From the NCBI RefSeq assembly GCF_963921235.1, contig NW_026948182.1, positions 372,001-436,000 on the forward strand: a DNA stretch of 64,000 nucleotides, read 5' to 3'. A program made the translations under genes and the position numbers. Shown here piece after piece: positions 24,632 to 38,434 of this stretch (position 1 is the first letter of the stretch; every line of letters starts with the position of its first letter). This stretch comes from Mobula hypostoma (taxonomy: Eukaryota). The notes under the pieces are model-generated. The model made no database searches. It saw only the letters and a list, made by a program, of their open reading frames with translations, and was not told the origin of the DNA.

Positions 24632-26685
24632 CCTTGTCGGGACTGCCGACTGAATCTCTGTGGGTGAAAGTTAGGAACAGGAAGGGGTCAATAACTGTAA
24701 TCTGTCTTTTATATGGACCACTTAATAGCTACAGGGACATTGAGGAGCGGATAGCGAGACAGATTCTAGAAAGGTGTGATAATAACAGGGTCGTCTTGTT
24801 GGGAGATTTTAATTTCCCAACTATTGATTGGCAATTCCCTAGAGAAAGGGGATTAGATGGGCTGCAGTTTGTTAGGTGTGTTCAGGAAGGTTTCTGGACA
24901 GAATATGTAGCTAAGCCTACAAGAGGAGAGACTGTACTTGATCTGTTGTTTAGAAATGAAGCCTAGTCAGGTGTTAGATCTCTCAGTGGGAAAGCATTTC
25001 AGAGATTGTGATCACAATTCTATCTCCTTTACCATAGCATTGGAGAGGCATTGGAAGAGACGAGTTAGGAAGGCATTTAATCAGATTAAGGAGAAATATG
25101 CGTCTATCATGCGGAAATTTGGAAGCAGAAATTGGGAACAGATGTTCTCAGGGAAATGTAGGGAAGAAATGTAACAAATATTGAGCGGATGTCTGCATGG
25201 AGTTCTGCGCAGGGAAGTTGCAATGAGACAGAGAAGGAATGGTGTACAATGTCTGATGAAAAGTCAAGAAGAAAAGAAATGCTTACGAAAGGTTCAAAAA
25301 CCTGATAATGATACAGGTCCAGAAGATTATAATGCTGGCAGGAAAGAGCTGAAGAATGAAATTAGGAGAGCCAGAAGGGGCCATGAGAAGGTCTTGGCGG
25401 GCAGGATTAAGGCATTCTACAAGTATGTGAAGAACAAAAGCATAAGACGTGAAAGAGCAGGAACAATCAGGTCTGACAGTGGAAAAATGTTTCTGGAACC
25501 GGAGGAGATAGCAGAGGTACTTAATGAATACTTTCCTTCAGTATTCACGACAGAAAAGAATCTTGGCGATTCTACGGATGACTTACAGCTGACTGAAAAT
25601 CTTCAGCATATAGCTATTAAGAAAGAGGATGTGCTGGAGCTTTCGGAAAGCATCAATCTGGGTAAGACACCGGGACCGGACGAGATGTACTAAGGCTACT
25701 GTGGGATGAGAGGACAGCGATTGCTCAGCCTTTGGGGATGGTCTTTGCATTATCAGTGGGACGAGAGAGGTTCCCGAGGATGGGAGAGTTGCGGATGTCG
25801 TTCCTTTTTTCAAGAATGGGAGCAGAGATAGCCCAGGAAAACAATATAGCCGTGATCATTAGTTCAGTGGTTGGTAAGTTGTTGGAAAATATCCTGAGCC
25901 GCAGGACTTATGGACATTTGGAGAGGCATAATATGATTAGAAATTGTCAACATGGCTTTGTCAAAGGCAGGTCGTGCCTGACGAGCCCAGTTGAATTGTA
26001 TGACTATGTGACGAAACACATTGATGAAGGTGGAGCAGCAGATGTACCCCATGCAATGCTTCTTGAGAAAGTAAGGAGAAATGGGTTCCAATGGGATATT
26101 GCTTTGTAGATCCAAAAAATAGCTTGCATATAGAAGGCAAGGAGTGGTTGTAGACGGTGCATATTCTCCATGGAGGTCGGTGACCAGTAGTGTGTCTCTG
26201 GGATCTGTTCTGGGAACCTTTCTCTTCGTTAATTTTATAAATGACCTGGATGAGGAAGTGGAAGGATGTGTCAGTAAATTTGCTGATGACACAAATGTTG
26301 GGGTTGTTGTGGATAGTGTGGAGGGATGTCAGACGTTACAGCGGGACATCGATAGGATGCAAATCTGGGCTGAGAGGAGGCAGATGGAGTTTAACTCAGG
26401 TAAGTGTGAGGTGGCTCATTTTGGTAGGACAAATATGATCGCAGAATATAGAATTAATGGTAAGACTCAGCAGTGTGGAGGATCAGAGGGATCTCGGTGA
26501 CCGAGACGATAGGACACTTAAAGATGCTACACAGCTGCTCAAAGCTTGACTCTGTGGTTAAGGAGGTATACAGTGCATTGACTACAACAACTGTGGGATT
26601 GATTTTCGGAGGCAGAAGTAATGTTGCAGCTATGTAGGACCCTAGTCAAACCCTGCTTGGAGTACTGTGCTCAGTTCTGCTCACC
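24632..26685 (+). mobile_element. CR1 ORF2 remnant, 3'-deleted (unit 3)
   Basis: ORFs 24634..24966, 25181..25693, 26144..26500. Confidence 0.92.
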
Positions 26686-27764
26686 TCTGACTGTGAGTAA
26701 ATGGGCTTCTCCGTGTGTGAAACAGTAGAAATAGACACGTGAGCTTGGTGTTCAAACTGTGTTTAGAAATGCCCGCTCACTGTCATCTGCCTCTCAGCCA
26801 GTGGAAATCAGGCAGAAACTCAAGATGCAGGAAATTTGCAATAAAAACTTGAAATTAGTTGAAGCCATTCTGACGTATGGATGTGAACACAAATCACTAA
26901 CTATGTTCCTGTTGAAATGGACCTGTGCAGAGGCGCTTTCTTTGTGATATTTGTGGAAGAAAAAAGAAACCACAACTTTTCCCTGTGAATTATCCTGGTA
27001 TGACTTTCCCTGTTATTCCTGGAAATGTGTTCAGTACAATTGTTGCTCACATGGTTCACAAAAGTAATCTCAGAAAAGAGAGGCTGTCTGTACGACAAGC
27101 ATTTGATGACTCTGGGCCTGTACTCTATGGAGTTCAGAAGTACAGAGCTGGACGGGATCTTATTTAAACCTACAGAATGCTGAACAGCCTGGAGACGGTG
27201 GACATGGAGAGGGTGTTTCCATCTGACTGAGAGTCTGTGGTCTGAGAGGACAGCCTCGGAATAAGCAACCTTCTCTTCAAAACTGAGATGAGAGAAACTT
27301 CGTCAGTCAAAGAGTGGTCGAGCTGTGGAGTTTGTTGCAACAGATGGTGATTGAGGCTGTCATTTGGTGTATTTATGACAATATATTATTGATCTTATGG
27401 GTACGAATCATGTTTTGTCAGTCAGAACTACTATACGATAAGTTCAATACAGCACGAGGCATGTCTAAAGCAGCCTTTACAATTTTAGATTCACGCTTCA
27501 AAATGGCTGAAGTGTTACCCTTTGTCACAATGTAACTCATAGCGTATGATGCTGAGTTTGTTATTTCCTTTCTCAGTTACCTTTGTTGAGACACTTCCTC
27601 CGTTCCCACGGTAACAAACTACTAAACTGCAAGACATGTTGTTCAACTTTATCGCTCTGTGTTCACTTCCTCTCAGGGTAGAGACAGTATCCTTGGGACA
27701 AAATGCAACAGAATGATCGTGGGAGGAAAGGATGCTGTGAGCATTGACTGTATGAAATGTACTG

Positions 27765-29218
27765 AGAACATAGAAATGTAGAAACCTGCAGCATAATACA
27801 CAAGCCCTTCGGGCAACAGTGCTGTCCGAAACATGTACATACTTCCGAAATTTCCCAGGGTTACTCATAGCCCTCTATTTTTCTAAACTCTTTGTACGTA
27901 TCCAACAGCGTCTTAAAAGACCTGACTTGGTCCGTCTCCATCACCGTCGCAGGCAGTCCATTCCACTTACACGCCACTGCCTGCGTAAAAGGAAAACGAA
28001 AACTTACCATTGATATCGCCTCGGTACATACTTCAAAGGACCTTAAAACTGTGCCCTCTCGGGTTAGCCATTCCAGCCCTGAGAAAGAGCCTCTGAATAT
28101 CTACACGATCAATGCTTATCATCATCTTTACCACCTCTATCAGGTCACCTCTCATCCTCCATCTCTCCCGGGAGAAAAGGCCAAGTTCACTCAACTTTTT
28201 CTCAGAAGGCATGTTCCCCAATCCAGGAAGCTTCCTTGTAAATCTGTACTGAACACATTTTATAGTTTCTGCAATCTTCGGGTAGTGAGGTGACCAGAAA
28301 TGAGCACAGTACCCAGGTTGTGTCTGATCACGGTAGTATATTGCTGTAACATTACCTCTCGGCTCTTGAAATCAATCCCACGGTTGAAGACCAATGCACC
28401 TGATGCCTTCTGAACCACACAGTTGACCTACGCAGCAGCTTTGATTGTCCCATGGACGCGGATCCCAAGATCTCTCTGATCCTCCACACCGCCAGGAGTC
28501 TGAGAATTAATACTATATTCTACCATTATAGATGAACTAGCAAAATGAACCACCTCACACTTATCTGGGTTGAACTCCATCTGCCACTTCTCAGCCCAGT
28601 TTTACATCCAATCAATGTCCCGCTGTAACCTCGACAGCCTTCCACACTATCCACAATACCCCCAACCTTCGTGTCATCAGCAAATTTACTAACGCATCCC
28701 ACCATTTCCTCATCCAGGTCATTTCTAAAAATTGCAAACGGAAAGTGTGGCAGAACAGATCCCGTAGGTACAGCACTGCTCCGCGACATCCAGGCAGAAT
28801 GCGACCCGTCTACAACAACTATGAACCTTCTGTGGACAGGCCAATTCTCGATCCACAAAGCAAGGTCTCCTTGGATCCCATGCCTTCTTACTTTCTCAAT
28901 AAGCCTTGCATGTGGTACCTTATCAAATGCCTTGCTGAAATCCCTACACACTACATCTACTGCTCTACTTTCATCAATATGTTTAGTCACATCCTCAAAA
29001 TCTTCAATCAGGCTCGTACGGCACGACCTGCTTTTGACAAAACCATGCCAACCAGTCCTCATCATATTATGCCTCTCCAAATGTTTATAAATCTTGCCTC
29101 TCAGGATCTTCTCCATAAATTTACCAACCACTGATGTAGGGTTCATTGGTATATAATTTCCTGAGCTATCTCTACTCCCTTTTCTTGAATAAGGGAACAA
29201 CCTCCGCAACTCTCCAAT
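27765..29218 (-). mobile_element. CR1 RT to 3' tail (unit 4)
   Basis: ORF 28526..29209 with DFSKAFD and FADD. Confidence 0.92.
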
Positions 29219-29746
29219 CAGTTAGAATCAGTGCATCAAAAAAAAAACACTGCTGTTACAGGAAACTTAAAGTAAAAAGGAGAGAATGTTGGAAACATTC
29301 AGCAGATCTGCAGCATCAATGACAGTCCCAGTTCTGAAACTGGGTCTTCCACCATTTCTCCTTTCACGGATGTACCCTAATGTACTGAATTCCCAGCATT
29401 CTGCATTTTATAATTTTACATTCTCTTTCTACTACACTGAGGTAACCTTGCATTTTCTACTAGCTCAATGTAGGAATCCCCAACGATTATCATAACATTG
29501 CCCTTCCGACAGTCCTTTACTATCTCCTGCTCTAATTTGTAATCCACATCCCGGCTGCTGTTTCGAGGCCTGTATAAAACTGCCTTTAGGGTCCTTTTAC
29601 CCTTGCCATTTCTTAACTCAACCCATAAAGACTCTACAACTCCCGATCCTATCTCATACCTTTCACATGATTTAATGTTATTATTTATATACAGGGCCAC
29701 ACTAACCCCTCTGCCGACTAACCTATCGTTCTGATACACATTATAT

Positions 29747-30543
29747 CCTTGGAGGGATTTCCAATTGAATCTCTGTGGGTGACAGTTAGGAACAGGAAGG
29801 GGTCAATAACTGTACTCTGTATTTTTTATGCACCACTTAATAGTAACAGGGCCATCGAGGATTAGATAAGGAGACAGATTCTAGAAAGGTGTGATAATAA
29901 CAGGGTCGTCGTGTTGGGAGATTTTAATTTCCCAACTATTGATTGGCAATTCCCTAGAGAAGGGAGATTAGATGGGGTGGAGTTTGTTAGGTGTGTTCAG
30001 GAAGGTTTCTGGACAGAATATGTAGCTAAGCCTACAAGAGGAGAGACTGTACTTGATCTGTTGTTTAGAAATGAATCCTAGTCAAGTGACAGATCTCTCA
30101 GTGGGAAAACATTTCAGATATTGTGATCACAATTCTATCTCCTTTACAATAGCATTGGAGAGGCATAGGAAGAGACGAGTTAGGAAGGCATTTAATCGGA
30201 TTAAGGGGAAATATGCGTCTATCAGGAGGAAATTTGGAAGCATAAATTGGGAACAGATGTTCTCAGGGAAAGGCAGGGAAGAAATGTGGCAAATATTGAG
30301 GGGATATCTGCGTGGAGTTAAGCGCAGGGACGTTCCAATGAGACAGGGAAGGAATGGTGTACAATGTCTGATGAAAATCTAGTCAAGAAGAAAAGAAAAG
30401 TTTACGAAAGATTCAAAAACTTGGCAATGATACAGGTCCAGAAGATTATAATGCTGGCAGGAAAGAGTTGAAGAATGAAATTAGGAGAGCCAAAAGGAGC
30501 CATGAGAAGGCCTCGGCGGGCAGGATTAAGGCATTCTACAAGG
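29747..30543 (+). mobile_element. CR1 EN region remnant (unit 4)
   Basis: Same sequence as 14299-15090; ends at a deletion junction. Confidence 0.9.
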
Positions 30544-30576
30544 ATGCTGTGTGCATTGACTGCATGGAATGTACCG

Positions 30577-31933
30577 AGAACATAGAAATGTAGAAACTTG
30601 CAGCATAATACACAAGCCCTTCGGGCAACAGTGCTGTCCGAAACATGTACTTACTTCACCACCGTCGCCGGCAGTCCATTCCACTTGCACACCACTGCAT
30701 GCATAAAAGGAAACCAAAAACTTACCATTGACATCGCCTCGGTAAATACTTCAAAGGACCTTAAAACTGTGCCCTCTCGTGTTAGCCATTTTAGCCCTGA
30801 GAAAGTCTCCGAATATCCACACGATCTATGCTTATCATTATCTGATACACCTCTATCAGGTCACCTCTCATCCTCCATCTCTCCAAGGAGAAAAAGCCAA
30901 GTTCACTCAGCTTTTTCTCAGAAGGCATGCTGCCCAATCCAGGAAGCTTCCTTGTAAATCTCTATTGCACATTTTCTGTAGTTTCCACAATCTTCTGGTA
31001 GTGAGGTGACCAGAAATGTGCACAGTACCCAGATTGGGTCTGATCATGGTAGCATACAGCTGTAACATTACCTCTCGGCTCTTGAAATCAATCCCACGGT
31101 TGAAGGCCAATGCACCTGATGCCTTCTGAACCACACAGTTGACCTACGCAGCAGCTTTGATTGTCTCATGGACGCGGACCCCAAGATCGCTCTGATCCTC
31201 CACACTGCCAAGAGTCTGACAATTAATACTATATTCTCCCATCATAGATGAACTAGCAAAATGAACCTCCTCACACTTTTCTGGGTTGAACTCCATCTGC
31301 CAGTACTCAGCCCAGTCTTACATCCAATCGATGTCCCGCTGTAACCTCGACAGCCCTCCACACTATCCACAATACCCCCAACCTTGGTGTCATCAGCAAA
31401 TATACTAAAGCATCTCACCACTTCCTCATCCAGGTCATTTCTAAAACTTGCGAAGGGAAGGGGTGCCAGAATAGATCCCGTAGGTACAGCACTGCTCAGT
31501 GACCTCCATGCAGAATGCGACCCGTCTACAACAACTCTGAGCCTTCTGTGGACAAGCCAATTCTCGATCCACAAAGCAAGGTCTCCTTCGATCCCATGCG
31601 TCCTTACTTTCCGAATAAGGCTTGCATGTGGTACCTTATCAAATGCCTTGCTGAAATCCGTAGACACTACATCTACTGCTCTACTTTCATCAATGTGTTT
31701 AGTCACATCCTCAAAATCTTCAATTAGGCTCGTACGGCCCGTCCTGCTTTTGACAAACCCATCCCGGCTATTCCTAACCATATTATGCCTCCCCAAATGT
31801 TTGTAAATCCTGCATCTTAGGGTCTTCTCCATAAATTTACCAACCACTGATGTCAGGTTCATTGGTGTATAATTTCCTGAGCTATCTCTACTCCCTTTCT
31901 TGAAAAATGGAACAGCATTCGCAACCATCCAAT
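30577..31933 (-). mobile_element. CR1 RT to 3' tail (unit 5)
   Basis: ORF 31242..31928 with DFSKAFD and FADD. Confidence 0.92.
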
Positions 31934-32466
31934 CTGTTAATATCTGTGCATTAAAAATAAATAAAAACTGCTGTTACAGGAAATTTAAAGTAAAAAGGGG
32001 AGAATGTTCGAAACATTCAGCAGATCTGCAGCATCATGGACAGTCCCCGTTCTGAAACTGGGTCTACCACCATTTCTCCTTTCAAAGATGTGCTCTGATG
32101 TATTGAGTTCCCAACATGTTCTACTTTATAATTTTCTATTGTGTTTCTGCTACCCTGAGGTTCCCTTGCATGTTCTGCTAGCTTGCATGTTAAAATCCAC
32201 AACGATTATCATAACATTGCCTTTCCGACAGGCCTGTTCTATCTCCTCCTGTAATTTGTAATCCCACATTCCGGCTGCTGTTTCGAGGCCTGTATAAAAC
32301 TGCCATTATGGTCCTTTTATCCTTGTCATTTCTTAAGTCAACACATAAAGCCTCTACACATTCCGGTCCTGTGTCATACCTTTCACATGATTTAATATTA
32401 TTTCTTATACACGGGGCTACAACAGTTCCTCTACCAACTAACCTATCTTTCCGATACACCATATAT

Positions 32467-34545
32467 CCTTGGAGGGATTGTCTACGGAGCCTCTGTGGGT
32501 GGAAGTTAGGAACCGGAAGGGGTCAATAACTCTACTGTGTGTTTTTATAGACCACTTAATAGTAACAGGGACATCGAGGCACAGATAGGGAGACAGATTC
32601 TGGAAAAGTGTTATAATAACAGGGTCGTCGTAGTGGGAGATTCTAATTTCCCAAGTATTGATTGACAACTCCCTAGAGCAAGGGATTTAGATGGGGTGGA
32701 GATTGTTAGGTGTATTCAGGAAGGATTTTTGACACGATATGTAGATAAGCCTACAAGAGGAGTCAGTGCACTTGATCTGCTGTTGAGAAATAAACCTGGT
32801 CAGGTGTCAGATCTCTCAGTCGGAGAGCACTTTAGGGATAGTTATCACAATTCTATCTCCTCTACCCTAGTATTGGAGAGGGATAGGAAACGATAAGTTA
32901 GGAAAGCATTTATTTGGAGTAATGGGAAATAGGTTCAACCTTGATAAGTTTGAGGTGGTTCATTTTGGTAGGTCAAATATGATGGCAGATATAGAATTAA
33001 TGGTAAGACTCTTGGCAGTGTGGAGGTTCAGAGAGATATCGGTGTCCGAATCCATACGACACTTAAAGCTGCTACACAGCTGCTCAAAGCTTGACTCTGT
33101 GGTTAAGCAGGTATACGGTGCATTGGCTTTCAACAACCGTGGGATTGAGTTTCGGAGTCGAGAGGTAACGTTGCAGCTACATAGGACCCTGGTCTGACCT
33201 CGCATGGAGTACTGTGCTCAGTTCTGGTCACGTCACTGCAGGAAGGACGTGGAAACCAGAGAAAGGGTGCAGAGGAGTACTTACAAGGATGTTGCTTGGG
33301 TTGGGGAGCATGCCTTATGGGAATTTGTTAAGTGTCCTCGGCCTTTTCTCCTTGGAGCATCGGAGGATGAGAGGTGACCTGACAGAAGTGTATATAATGA
33401 TGTGAGGCATTGATCGTGTGGATAGTCAGACGCTTTTTCTCAGTGCTGAAATAGCTAACTTTCACGGTCCGGTCCGTGAAAACTGCATTCTTCTTCACAG
33501 TCCGGTCCGTGGATTCCGTATCCCGGCTATTCCTTTGTTCCTCTTGTTCCGTTGGGCGCTTTAATTGAGGCACCGGATTCTCGTTTCAGGCTGGCAAGAG
33601 AAATAGCTCTGGGGTCCAGTGATTCCTGCTGGATCGTCCTCGTCAGTGACCTCGTCAGAATCCACGTCAGGTTAACCCACCGGAGTGAGACTGGAGCCGC
33701 TGTCTGTGGTCCCTGGGCCGCGTCGGGGGCTTGCCTTTACTTGGAGCCTTTTCGTGTCAAGTCAAAGAACAGTCTATCGTTGTGTGTTTTTGCTTCACCG
33801 TGTTCTGCCCTCCGCTGGGTAGGTCCGGCCGTTTCCCGCTACCCTGAGTGCGGAACGGTCTCAGTGTTTTGTGCCCTGTGACTCGGCTCCCTGTCCTGTG
33901 TCCAAAGAGGAGCAGCGGCTCAGTGTTCTGTGTCTAAGAAGAGTCCCGGCTCGATGTCCTGTTTCCAAAGAGGAGCAGCGGCTCAGTGTTCTGTGTCTTC
34001 TGTCTAAGTCAAGTCTGAGCCTAGTGCAAGTCAAGAGTCAAGTTCCAAGTCCAAGTCCAAGCCAAGTCCGAGTCAAATCCCTGCTAAAACCCGAGTCCCG
34101 AGTCATGACGTCAGTTCCCTTTTAAGTTCTAGTCCAAAGTCCAAGTCCTGGTTTTCGGTTTGTCACTCTTCATCAACCTTCATGTTATCATTTTGTCCTC
34201 GCTCCTTGGCTTCCCTAGCATTCTTAATAAACGCAGTTCAGTTCCTAGTATTTCAGTGTCTGTGTCTTGCATTTGGGTCCACTTCCATCGCCCCGCGTAT
34301 GACACTAACATGACAGGGCACAGATTTAAGGTGCTGGGGTGTAGGTGCAGAGGAGGTGTCAGGGGTAAGTTATTTACACAGACAGTGGTAGGTGCATGGA
34401 ATGGGCTGCCGGTGATGGTGCTGGAGGAGGATACGATAGGGTCTGTAAAGAGATTCTTGGATAGGGACAAGGAGCTTAGAAAAATAGAGGGCGATGGGTA
34501 ACCCCAGATAATTTCTAAAGAAAGCACAGGTTCGGCACAGAATTG
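32467..34545 (+). mobile_element. CR1 ORF2 remnant with internal deletion, split by a solo LTR (unit 5)
   Basis: EN part to ~32930, then jump to the RT C-terminal region; resumes at 34305 after the insertion. Confidence 0.88.
33460..34304 (+). mobile_element. Solo LTR (845 bp, Gypsy-like)
   Basis: 5-bp TSD CTAAC at 33455-33459 and 34305-34309; ends T(T)TCA...TGACA; AATAAA at 34226-34231; internal duplications and AAGTCC-type repeats; absent from other units. Confidence 0.85.
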
Positions 34546-35739
34546 TTGGCTTGGATATCACAGACTCCTGGGATATCACAGTTTCAGATCCAGGTACAAT
34601 GGACCCGGGATCAAGCTGCGCAGTTTTAACAGGTGTTGAGCCAGTATTTATTTTCTAAGCTCAGATGTTTGTTTGTTTGTTTGTTTTTTTCTGGAGTTCC
34701 TTTGGAATCAATGACTGCTATACTGCGGAGAGGATGAGTTACCATCCCATCCCTCACAGAGAGAGGCTGAGTATAAATGGGGTGTACCGTGTTTGCTACA
34801 GCAGAAATAGACCTGTGAGTTTGGTGTTCAAACTGTGTGTGGTGAAATCCCCGCTCACTGTCATCTGTCTGTCAGTCGGTGGAAATCAGACAGGAACTCA
34901 AGATGCTGGAAATCTGCACAAAAAAAAATGGAAATATTTCAAGCCATTCTGACGTACGGTTGTGAACCCAAATTGCTAAATTTGTTCCTCTGGAAATGGA
35001 CCTGTGCACAGGGGCTTGTTTTGTGATACTTAGAGGAACAGTAAAGAAACCACAGTTCTCCCCTGTGAATTATCCTGGTACCACATTCCCTGTTATTCAC
35101 GGAAATGTGTTCCGTACAACTGTTGCTCACATGGTTCACAAGAGTAATCTCAGGAATGAGAGGAATTATGAATGACAAGCCTTTGATGACTCTGGGCCTG
35201 CACTCTATGGAGATAAGAAGTATAGAGGTGGGCGGGATCTTATTTAAACCTAGCGAATGCTGAACAGCCCTAGATACAGTGGACATGGAGAGGATGATTG
35301 CATCAGAGGGAGAGTCTGTGGTCTGAGAGGACAGCCTCAGAATGAAGAAGCTTCCCTTTAAACCTGTGAGGAGAGAAACTTCGTCAGCCAAGGAGTGAGC
35401 GACATGTGAAGTGAGTTGCAACAGCGGGTGTTTGAGGGTGTCATTTGGTATACTTACCGCAGTATGTTATTGATCGCTAGAGTAGTAATCATTTTTTTGT
35501 GAGCCAGAACTGCTATATGATTAATTCAATAGAGCACGAGGCATGGCTAAAGGCAGCCTTTACATTTCTAGATTCATCACTTCAAAATGGCTGCAGGGTT
35601 AACCTTTGTCACAATGTAACTCATAGCGTATGATGTTGAGTTTGTTATTTCCTTTTTCAGTTACCGTTGTTGAGTCACTTCCTCCGTTTCCACGGTAACA
35701 AACCACTAGAACTGCAAAAGTGTTGCACAATTTTATCTG

Positions 35740-38434
35740 CATGCGATGAGTTGAGGGCGGAAGAAGGGGAGGAGGGCTGGCATTACTGGTCAGGGATACT
35801 ATTACAGCTACAGAAAGGGTGGGTAATGTAGCAGGATCCTCTTTTGAGTCAATATGGGTGAAAGTCAGGAACAGGAAGGGAGCAGTTACTCTACTGGGGG
35901 TATTCTATAGGCCCCCTGGTAGCAGTAGAGATACAGAGGAGCAGATTGGGAGGCAGATTTTGGAAAGGTGCAAAAATAACAGGGTTGTTATCATGGGAGA
36001 CTTTAACTTCCCTCATATTGATTGGCACCTGATTAGTTCTAGGGGTTTAGATGGGGCAGAATTTGTTAAGTGTGTCCAGGACGGAATCCTGTCACAGTAT
36101 GTGGACAGGCCGACCAGGGGGAATGCCATACTAGATCTTGTACTAGGTAATGAACCAGGTCAGGTCACAGATCTCTCAGTGGGTGAGCATCTGGGGGACA
36201 GTGACCACCGCTCCCTTGCATTTCGCATTATCATGGAAAAGGATAGAATCAAAGAGGACAGGAAAAATTTTAATTGGGGAAAGGCAAATTATGAAGCTAT
36301 AAGGCTAGAACTTGCGGGTGTGAATTGGGATGATGTTTTTGCAGGGAAATGTACTATGGACATGTGGTCGATGTTTAGAGATCTCTTTCGGGATGTTAGG
36401 GATAAATTTGTCCCGGTGAGGAAGGTAAAGAATGGTAGGGTGAAGGAACCATGGGTGACAAGTGAGGTGGAAAATCTAGTCAGGAGGAAGAAGGCAGCAT
36501 ACATGTGCTTTAGGAAGCAAGGATCAGATGAGTCTATTGAGGAATATAGGGAAGCAAGAAAGGAGCTTAAGAAGGGGCTGAGAAGAGCAAGAAGAGGGCA
36601 TGAGAAGGCATTGGAGAGTAGGTTAAAGGAAAACCCCAAGGCATTCTTCAATTATGTGAAGAAAAAAAGGATGACAGGAGTGAAGGTAGGACCGATGAGA
36701 GATAAAGGTGGGAAGGTGTGCCTGGAGGCTGTGGAAGTGAGCGAGGTCCTGAATGAATACTTCTCTTCGGTATTCACCAATGAGAGGGAACTTGATGATG
36801 GTGAGGACAATATGAGTGAGGTTGATGTTCTGGAGCATGTTGATATTAAGGGAGAGGAGGTGTTAGAGTTGTTAAAATACATTAGGACAGATAAGTCCCC
36901 GGAGCCTGACGGAATATTCCCCAGGCTGCTCGACGAGGCGAGAGAAGAGATTGCTGAGCCTCTGGCTAGGATCTTTATGTCCTCGTTGTCCACGGGAATG
37001 GTACCGGAGGATTGGAGGGAGGCGAATGTTGTTTCCTTGTTCAAAAAAGGTAGTAGGGATAGTCCGGGTAATTATAGACCAGTGAGCCTTACGTCTGTGG
37101 TGGGAAAGCTGTTGGAAAAGATTCTTAGAGATGGGATCTACGGGCATTTAGAGAATCATGGTCTGATCAGGGACAGTCAGCATGGATTTGTGAAAGACAG
37201 ATCGTGTCTAACAAGCCTGATAGAGTTCTTTGAGGAGGTGACCAGGCATATAGATGAGGGTAGTGCAGTGGTTGTGATCTATATGGATTTTAGTAAGGCA
37301 TTTGACAAAGTTCCATATCGTAGGCTTATTCAGAAAGTTAGAAGGCATGGGATCCAGGGAAGTTTGGCCAGGTTGATTCAGAATTGGCTTGCCTGCAGAA
37401 GGCAGAGGGTGGTGGTGGAGGGAGTACATTCAGATTGGAGGATTGTGACTAGTGGTGTCCCGCAAGGTTCTGTTCTGGGACCTCTACTTTTCGTGATTTT
37501 TATTAACGACCTGGATGTGGGGGTAGAAGGGTGGGTTGGCAAGTTTGCAGAGGACACAAAGGTTAGTGGTGTTTTAGATAGTGTAGAGGATTGTCAAAGA
37601 TTGCAGAGATACATTGATAGGATGCAGAAGTGGGCTGAGAAGTGGCAGATGGAGTTCAACCTGGAGAAGTGTGAGGTGGTACACTTTGGAAGGACAAACT
37701 CTAAGGCAGAGTACAAAGTAAATGGCAGGATACTTGGTAGTGTGGAGTAGCAGAGGGATCCCGGGGTACATGTCCACATATCCCTGAAAGTTGCATCACA
37801 GGTATATTGGGTAGTTAAGGAATCTTATGAGGTGTTAGCTTTCATAAGTCGAGGGATAGAGTTTAAGAGTCGCGATGTAATGATGCAGCTCTATAAAAAC
37901 TCTGGTTAGACCAAATTTGGAGTACTGTGCCCAGTTCTGGTCGCCTCACCATAGGAAGGAGGTGGAAGCATTGGAAAGGGTACAGAGGAGATTTACCAGG
38001 ATGCTGCCTGGTTTAGAAAATATGTATTATGATTAGAGATTAAGGGAGCTAGGACTTTACTCTTTGGAGAGAAGGAGGATGAGAGGAGACATGATAGAGG
38101 TGTACAAGATAATAAGAGGAATAGATAGAGTGGATAGCCAGCGCCTCTTCCCCAGGGCACCATTGCACAATACAAGAGGACATGGCTTTAAGGTAAGGGG
38201 TGGGAAGTTCAAGGGGGATATTAGAGGAAGGTTTTTTACTCAGAGAGTGGTTGTTGCGTGGAATGCCCTGCCTGAGTCAGTGGTGGAAGCAGATACACTA
38301 GTGAAGTTTAAGAGACTACTAGACAGGTATATGGAGGAACTTAAATTGGGAAATTATATGGCAGGCAGGGTTGGAGGGTCGGCACAACATTGTGGGCCGA
38401 AAGGCCTGTAATGTGCTGTACTATTCTATGTTCT
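35740..38434 (+). mobile_element. CR1 LINE, 5'-truncated, youngest-looking copy in the window
   Basis: 643-aa open frame followed by disrupted C-terminus (ORF 38064..38411) and tail ctattctatgttct. Confidence 0.95.
35819..37750 (+). pseudogene. CR1 ORF2 remnant (APE endonuclease plus reverse transcriptase)
   Basis: GDFN, LDLVL, SDH, NYRPVSLTS, QHGF, DFSKAFD, VPQGSVLGP; catalytic FADD reads FAED (37544-37555); premature TAG at 37748-37750; EN N-terminus missing. Confidence 0.9.

Larger units (their letters stand above)
6245..35737. repeat. Tandem array of six composite units (segmental duplication)
   Basis: Diagnostic junction tatatccttg recurs at ~7170, 14300, 18818, 24633, 29748, 32468; minus CR1 starts at 12321, 16834, 22643, 27765, 30577 (spacings 4513, 5809, 5122, 2812). 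Confidence 0.95.

Noticed and set aside
35819-37750. Active or domesticated reverse transcriptase gene
   Set aside because: 5'-truncated, GTG start, FADD changed to FAED, premature stop and frameshift downstream
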